Shown piece by piece: positions 58,033 through 64,000 of a DNA stretch of 64,000 nucleotides. Origin of the DNA: the human T2T-CHM13v2.0 reference genome, Homo sapiens. The stretch lies in NCBI RefSeq assembly GCF_009914755.1, contig NC_060932.1. One strand, written 5' to 3'. Each line of letters begins with the position of its first letter. Position 1 is the first letter of the stretch. The position numbers and the translations under genes were made by a program. The notes beneath the pieces are model-generated. The model was not told the DNA's origin, did not search any database, and saw only the letters and a program-made list of their open reading frames with translations.

Positions 58033-61000
58033 GCCATACAGCTAAGAGTTAGAATGTAGTCGACATCTGTTATTTCTACCTGCCCAGTACCCATTCTCAT
58101 TTCTGTTGATAATATAATATCTTCCTTGAGGAGCTGTAATAGAATTAGTGGGCTTTTACCACAGAATATTTGTCTAGATCATGACCTCTATAAAAACATT
58201 TGTTTAACACTACAGATAAATAAATTTAAGTGGTAAATATGAACTATTTCTGACACAACTGAAAAAGGCATAAGCTATGATGTGGCAGGAGTTTCTGAGT
58301 CTTCTTCAGGTATTCTGATTTTACTATACCTCTATAGATTAGTAAATGACTTATATTAACAATTTATGAAGCAGATCTTCCGTTTGAAACTAACACCTGA
58401 ACAATTACACATCCTTTACAGGTATCTATTTCAGATGTTTCAGGTGGAGATGGCCCACAGTTTCCCAGCCTCAGAAATGAGTATGTGACTTGACCTAGCC
58501 ACTTAAAGTGTCCCATAATCCAGAGACATTCAGAGATTGGATTTAACCAAAACTATGCTAAGTTGACCCCTCCTAGCCACTTTTCTGCCAAAACAATAAG
58601 AAAAGACATTCATTGTCTTTCCAGAACTTTAAGCTGTAAGAAATGCATCTGGGGCTGCTGGCAGCAATCTTTTCTGCTGTATGGAGAAAGCTTTGTTTAT
58701 TGAGCACCTATTAGGTGTTAAATATTGTGCTACATCTATTCTATGGAAATAGAGTTGTAAAAAAATGAATCTAGTCTGTGCAATCAAAGAGCCAATAGTC
58801 TGGAATATTAGTGATAAGCTCTGTATCAGCCAGATATAAATATTGAATGAATGTGTCTATCAGTGTTCAGTTGCAGAGAACTGAATTCACACTAGCTGGT
58901 TTAAGCAGAACAGAATATTGACAATGGATTTTATAATTACCAAAAGAAGAAACTCACCACAAGAAAGAGTCTTGTCTGGGCTGATAACCTGGCTCCAATG
59001 CCAAGGCCCTGGGTGTCAGAGAAAAGGACTGGAAGGGCAGTGTAGCTGTGCTGGACTCAGCTTGCCTTGAATAAAATGACCCTGTTTGGAATTCAGGAGC
59101 TGAGCACTAAAAGCAATCCCAGTTGGGAATATCAACCCACTTTGGCACAGAATATCACAGTTCAATTGTTCCACTGGGGATAGAAGATCTCTGTGTACTC
59201 TGAAAAAGTATTGCAACATAAGAAGCAGACCTTGGCTAATGGACTGATCATATTTCCTTGTTTCTTGTCCTTTGAAACTTTTGGGTCCTTTGACCTAAGT
59301 AAGCACTTTGGGAAGAGAAATGTATTCCTCAAAAGAGATGCCTGAGTCATACTCTAGACCACTTAAGTCCAGTCTTCGAAAGGCATAGATGAAAACTCAT
59401 TATCTTTTCAAAATGCTTCCAAGGTTAAAAACAACTGGGTTAAATAATCACAAATTAAAACCATATCATGTGCTTTCTTTCCTTGTCTTTCTCTACAAGC
59501 CTCAAATCCTTCTCAGGTGCTAAAATGTGGATTTTGTCAATGAATTTGTACTAAGAATTTAGCTTCTTTCAGTTATGCTTATATTCATTTATTCTTTTGT
59601 TCAACATTCTATAAACAACATGAATGCTAGTCCTACTTCCTAACTAGATGCTTCAAATAGAGTGACAAACAAAATATAGTCTGTAGCTCTCCAGGAACCC
59701 AGGAGGTTTCTTCCACCTACCTCCATGCTAGATGGAACTGCATGCCCATTCATGTCTCTCAGACCTCATCAGCTCTATAAAAAATAAAATCCATTGACAT
59801 AAAGTTTATTCCTAAGTGCTTTTTTCTTCAAGAAATACAACTAATTTTTCATGAGATTTCCAGCATTTCCTGTGTCAGCTGAGTTTGGAATAACTTGAAC
59901 TCTGATGACCCTTGTATCCCAATATATTCTCTTTTTGTCTGTCTAGTTCAGAATAATCAGAAAGACAAACAAAAAATCATGCCTATTCACATTCGTTCCA
60001 AATTTTTAATATTTCTAAGGAAATATTAAGGCTAAATTTCTTTATTCAAAAGCAGCTCACTTTTCTTTGTTAGGTAACTGAATTATGTTTAGGATTCTAA
60101 AAAAGAGGAAAACTAAAAACTAGTCTAGAGCCTTTGATTTGGAGGCTATTGTTTGCAGGTGATTTTAAAATGTATTTTTTAAAGCCCCATTATGTTTCAC
60201 TAAGGACAGTTTCTCTGGTTTCCATAGTGATATTCAAAATGAGTGTAGGTGCAATCAAAGAGAATGATCACATTAATAAGTGGTTTAGCATTTCTGTTGA
60301 ATATGAACTTTGCCCAATATTTTAAAACAATTGAGCTATTTTTTAAGTCCTCATTCCATAATGGATACATTTGCCAGACATGCTAAACCATCTATTAATG
60401 CAATCAGATGTCTCCTTTATGAAATGAGTAACAAAGCCCACTTTGCTTGAAACTTAAAAGAGTTTCAAAGATATTGAAAGTTATTCTGGTTATATCTTGC
60501 ATTTTTTAAAGATCCTATGAATAATTACTTCAGGCAATTATTCAGAAAGCACTTTTTAAGTAACTGTGTCCAATGGCATAATAAGACGGGTAGGGATGAG
60601 AGGTGTGAGCAGATACAAACTGGGTACAGGGTTTACATCATTTTCAATCTATCAATGAAACCCAGCCAGTGGTTCTATTTGGAAGCTAATTTCCACTATG
60701 GTAACAACCAAAGTCAACATATGTAATGTAGGGAGTAAAAAATCATTGAACTAGCTCATAAAACCCTCAGGATGCTCTTTTCCTCCATCTATGTACTATG
60801 TGGGATTGACTCAATTAGGGGCCAGACACCTGTTGGGTCTAATCAATTATTATTGAGTTATTTTAGGAACAAATAGAATCCACAAGATGTCTTATGACAC
60901 TTACTCAGTAAACAATGGTTTTCCCCAGCTGCTGTCCAAAAATTCTCATGAATTAAATTAACAATAGTCCTTAGGAGAAAATTTAAAAAAACAAAACAAA

Positions 61001-61227
61001 ACAAGATTTAAAAACCCCAACTGCACTAGCCAACTGAGAGAAAAATAAACAGTAGCAGATTAGCAGAAGAATCTAATTCAACTTTAGAGGTAAGTACCTT
61101 CAAACACCAGAGGGATAATGAAAATAGCCCTTTACTGTAATTGAATGTATTTCTTTGAATTCATTATTATTTTATGCAGTTACCCCTTTCTTTCCATGAT
61201 CATCTTTATCAGAACACCTGAAATTTT

Positions 61228-63018
61228 TTTTTAACATTTAATTTTTATTTTCAAAACATTGCCATAAACATACATACAACACTGAATTTTATCCCCTCCA
61301 TTGGCTGGCTGTGTGCCATGAAGCACTTGTGACAGAAAACATATGTAAGCTTAGGGTAAAAGTTTATAAGGAATCAAAATATCTTCCCAAAAGAGGGGGT
61401 AGAGGCAAGAGGAATCAATAAGTTTAAAAATCATAACTTTCATTTTATAAAAAATAGTTTGAATAATTTTCTTATAAATCTTTAATGCTTACAAAAGCAG
61501 GAAATACATTTAAAATAGTCTTTTTAACACAGATTCATTTGTACAATGTGGCCATAAGAAAAATAACTAAAATGACATTTCAGTAGTCTATATTCTATTC
61601 TTGGCAAATTCCACATAAAATTTAACTAATTTACTATTCAAAATAAGATTTTAACTGCCAAGGATGTCAGACTAGTTGTGGTTAGTACCTGAATACCAAG
61701 CTCTTCTCCATTTTATATATTGTACTAAAATTTTAAATACAGCTTAGCAGTGATAGGTACTAATAACAATACTTGACTACATGGTTACCACCCATGACTA
61801 CTGCATTGCAGCTTAAAACATGCTTTGGTCAGTAAATTTAAAAGATATAAATCAAATAACAAGGCCAGGAAAGTTGTTTTAGAATTTCTTGACCTTAAGT
61901 AAACTTTAAATACATCGACAAGGCAAAAAAAAAACATGATCAAATATACAGAAAGGTTTCTATTTTTTCAACCATATGGCATTTTATATTATTAATTTCA
62001 CTGTTTAAAATAATATTTTATACTCCTGTGCACAGATTATCATTGCTCTCCAAATTAAAACTAAACTACAATTACTTTCCTAGAATGTCAAGTACTGTAT
62101 ATATTAATTGCTCCTTTTGCATTTCCATGAAGATGATCCTTCATCCTGTAACTTTTTAAATTTTGGACCAAGAAAGAACCACCAACCAAATCCAATGAAA
62201 ACACAAATAATGGACTCCACATAATAACCATCCAGGGCTGTAACACATGAGCCACCCAGTTTTTTGCAAAGCTTTAAAAATAAAGCTATAGTAAATAATC
62301 CACAATTTCACAATGAAAGTATTTAGCAATTAACATGCTTCTACTTTAAAAAGAATTAATCAAAATATATTTTTCTTAAAACATTTCAGTATTTCACTGA
62401 ATTCCAATGACAAAATATGTTAATGTATCTTAATCTCTCTAATGCTACTAACAGGATTAAAAACAATTTTCAGTTCTTGCTGTAAACAATACTCATTTTC
62501 TTTTTTGAGGCAGGGTCTCACTTGTGGCCCCGGATGGAATGCAGTGGTGTGATAATGGCTCACTGCAATCTCTGGCTCCTGGGCTCAAGCAATCCTCCCA
62601 CCTCAGACTTCTGAGTAGCAAAGACCACAGGCGTGCACCACCATGCCCCATTAATTTCTATATTTTTTGTAGAGATGATGTTTCACTATGTGGCCCAGGG
62701 TGGTCTTGAACTCCTGGGCTCAAGCAATCTGCCTGCTTCAGCCTCTCAAAATGCGGAATTACAGGTGTGAGCCACCACACCCAGCCGAATATCTGTTTTC
62801 TTTCTTTTTTTTTTTTTATTATACTTTAAGTTTTAGGGTACATGTGTACAACAGGCAGGTTTGCTACATATGTATACATGTGCCATGTTGGTGTGCTGCA
62901 CCCATTAAATCATCACTTACATTAGGTATATCTCCTAATGCTATGCCTCCCCACTCCACCCACCCCACAACAGGCCCTGGGGTGTGATGTTCCCCTTCCT
63001 GTGTCCAAGTGTTCTCAT
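61228..63018 (-). mobile_element. Retroposed cassette: L1PA 3' end + AluJ + unique DNA + poly-A (probable L1 3' transduction)
   Basis: Identical TCAGAACACCTGAAATTTT at 61209-61227 and 63019-63037; poly-T at 61224-61232; AATAAA on - strand at 61244-61249; TTTT/AA endonuclease site. Confidence 0.88.
62496..62786 (-). mobile_element. AluJ-type SINE (passenger within the cassette)
   Basis: Antisense dimeric Alu; decayed TSD AATA....TTTTCTTT. Confidence 0.92.
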
Positions 63019-63019
63019 T
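62796..63019 (-). mobile_element. L1PA (about PA4-PA5) 3' terminal ~200 nt
   Basis: TTTATTATACTTTAAGTTTTAGGGTACATGTG...CCTTCCTGTGTCCAAGTGTTCTCATT. Confidence 0.95.
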
Positions 63020-63404
63020 CAGAACACCTGAAATTTTAAAATAAGGTAGTCCAGACTTCCATCTGTTATTTATCACATTTTTGTATTTACCTGTGGTGAT
63101 GAGTTTGAGATAAGTACATTTAACACTCTGACAGTTTTACATCAGCATAGGTCTTGCACACTGGTTGTCAAATAAATACATGCTATGGGCTGAGTTTGGA
63201 GAGAAGAACGTTCAAAGTGTGTTGATTGTATGTTGATAACTTTTTCTAGTTGTTTAGATATTGATGACACTCTTTCAGTATTCTGGGTTGAGCATTTAGT
63301 TATAAAGTGTGCCCAAGGTGGATTAAGACTGGAGCATAAGCATTATTCTCAAATGGTTAAGAGGTCTCTGCGTCCTTTTAAAGATCCAGGATCAATCAAT
63401 GTAT

Positions 63405-63830
63405 CATCTATCTATCTATCCATCTGTCCATCCAGTGGGATATTTATTGAGTATATGTTGTGTGCTTTCATTGTACTTGGCATTATGAAGGGGAAAATAG
63501 ACCTGGTCTCTACTTTCATTTATGTAGCGATAGACCTAAATCAAACAGCCTTGATCATTGAAAAAGTGTTTTACAAAGGAGAAATAGGTATTAACAGTGG
63601 TAATGGGTCTGTGTAAGGAAGGAATTTAACTCAACAGGATGACAGAGAAGACCCTCAGAAGAAGGGAAGCATGAAATGGGAGCTGAAGGAGGAGGAGTTA
63701 ATAGAAAGATGGCTAGATAAAGGTGAAGAGAGAAGTAGAGGTAAAACCATGTAAGTGCTTGTAGTCCATATTAAGACATTCTATCAGTATCTCAATAGCC
63801 ATCAGTATTAATGGCCGTTGAAAAATCTAC
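63405..63830 (-). mobile_element. L2 fragment
   Basis: ATATTTATTGAGTATATGTTGTGTGC...GAGCTGAAGGAGGAGGAGTTAA. Confidence 0.6.
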
Positions 63831-64000
63831 CGAGATGTGGGTGGACATTGCCAGATTTTTGTGTTATTGTTAGTAAATGTTTCCTTTCATCTCTGGCAAT
63901 ACTTCTAATCTTGAAGTCTAGTTTGTTAGATATTACAGCCACTCAGCCTTCTTTTAATTGGTGTTTACATAATATATACATTTGCTATTATTTTGCTTTT

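Larger units (their letters stand above)
55640..58690 (+). mobile_element. Probable degraded MLT1 (J/K-like) MaLR: LTR, internal region and partial second LTR
   Basis: LTR-like 55640-56070 ending TTGACACA then AAATTGATA (MaLR internal start); similar GCTG(C/G)TGGC..ATCTTT motif again at 58440-58690. Confidence 0.45.

Noticed and set aside
61040-61096. Exon ending at AG|GTAAGT (similar isolated splice-like sites near 35769 and 49635)
   Set aside because: Isolated splice-like motifs are expected by chance; no consistent exon chain can be supported without transcript data.
61233-62495. In-place 3'UTR of a resident minus-strand gene
   Set aside because: Bracketed by a perfect TSD and a genomic poly-A, with no upstream coding exon visible.

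Overview
AT-rich, CpG-depleted primate (human-like) intronic or intergenic DNA. It is dominated by interspersed repeats: about 30 Alu copies or fragments, L1 relics, L2/MIR, LTRs (MLT1, MSTA, MLT2A, MER50, MER57) and DNA transposons (MER58A, MER33, MER45A, MER63, MER47A, MER96B). I cannot support any protein-coding exon, RNA gene or CpG island; the supplied ORFs I examined are repeat-derived, low-complexity or short chance frames. The best observations are structural: (1) a ~1.8 kb retroposed cassette at 61228-63018 (L1PA 3' end + AluJ + ~1.27 kb of apparently unique, 3'UTR-like DNA + poly-A) between perfect 19-bp target-site duplications, most likely an L1 3' transduction; (2) a nested inverted triplication at 11188-12445; (3) a ~320 bp templated copy of a MER33/linker/Alu junction 1.7 kb from its source; (4) an inverted L1 joining the 3' end to the 5'UTR/ORF1 start; (5) several small fold-back scars and non-B-DNA tracts. 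These fit known mechanisms; I see no evidence of a new gene system. Repeat subfamily names are recalled by eye and need RepeatMasker/Dfam confirmation.
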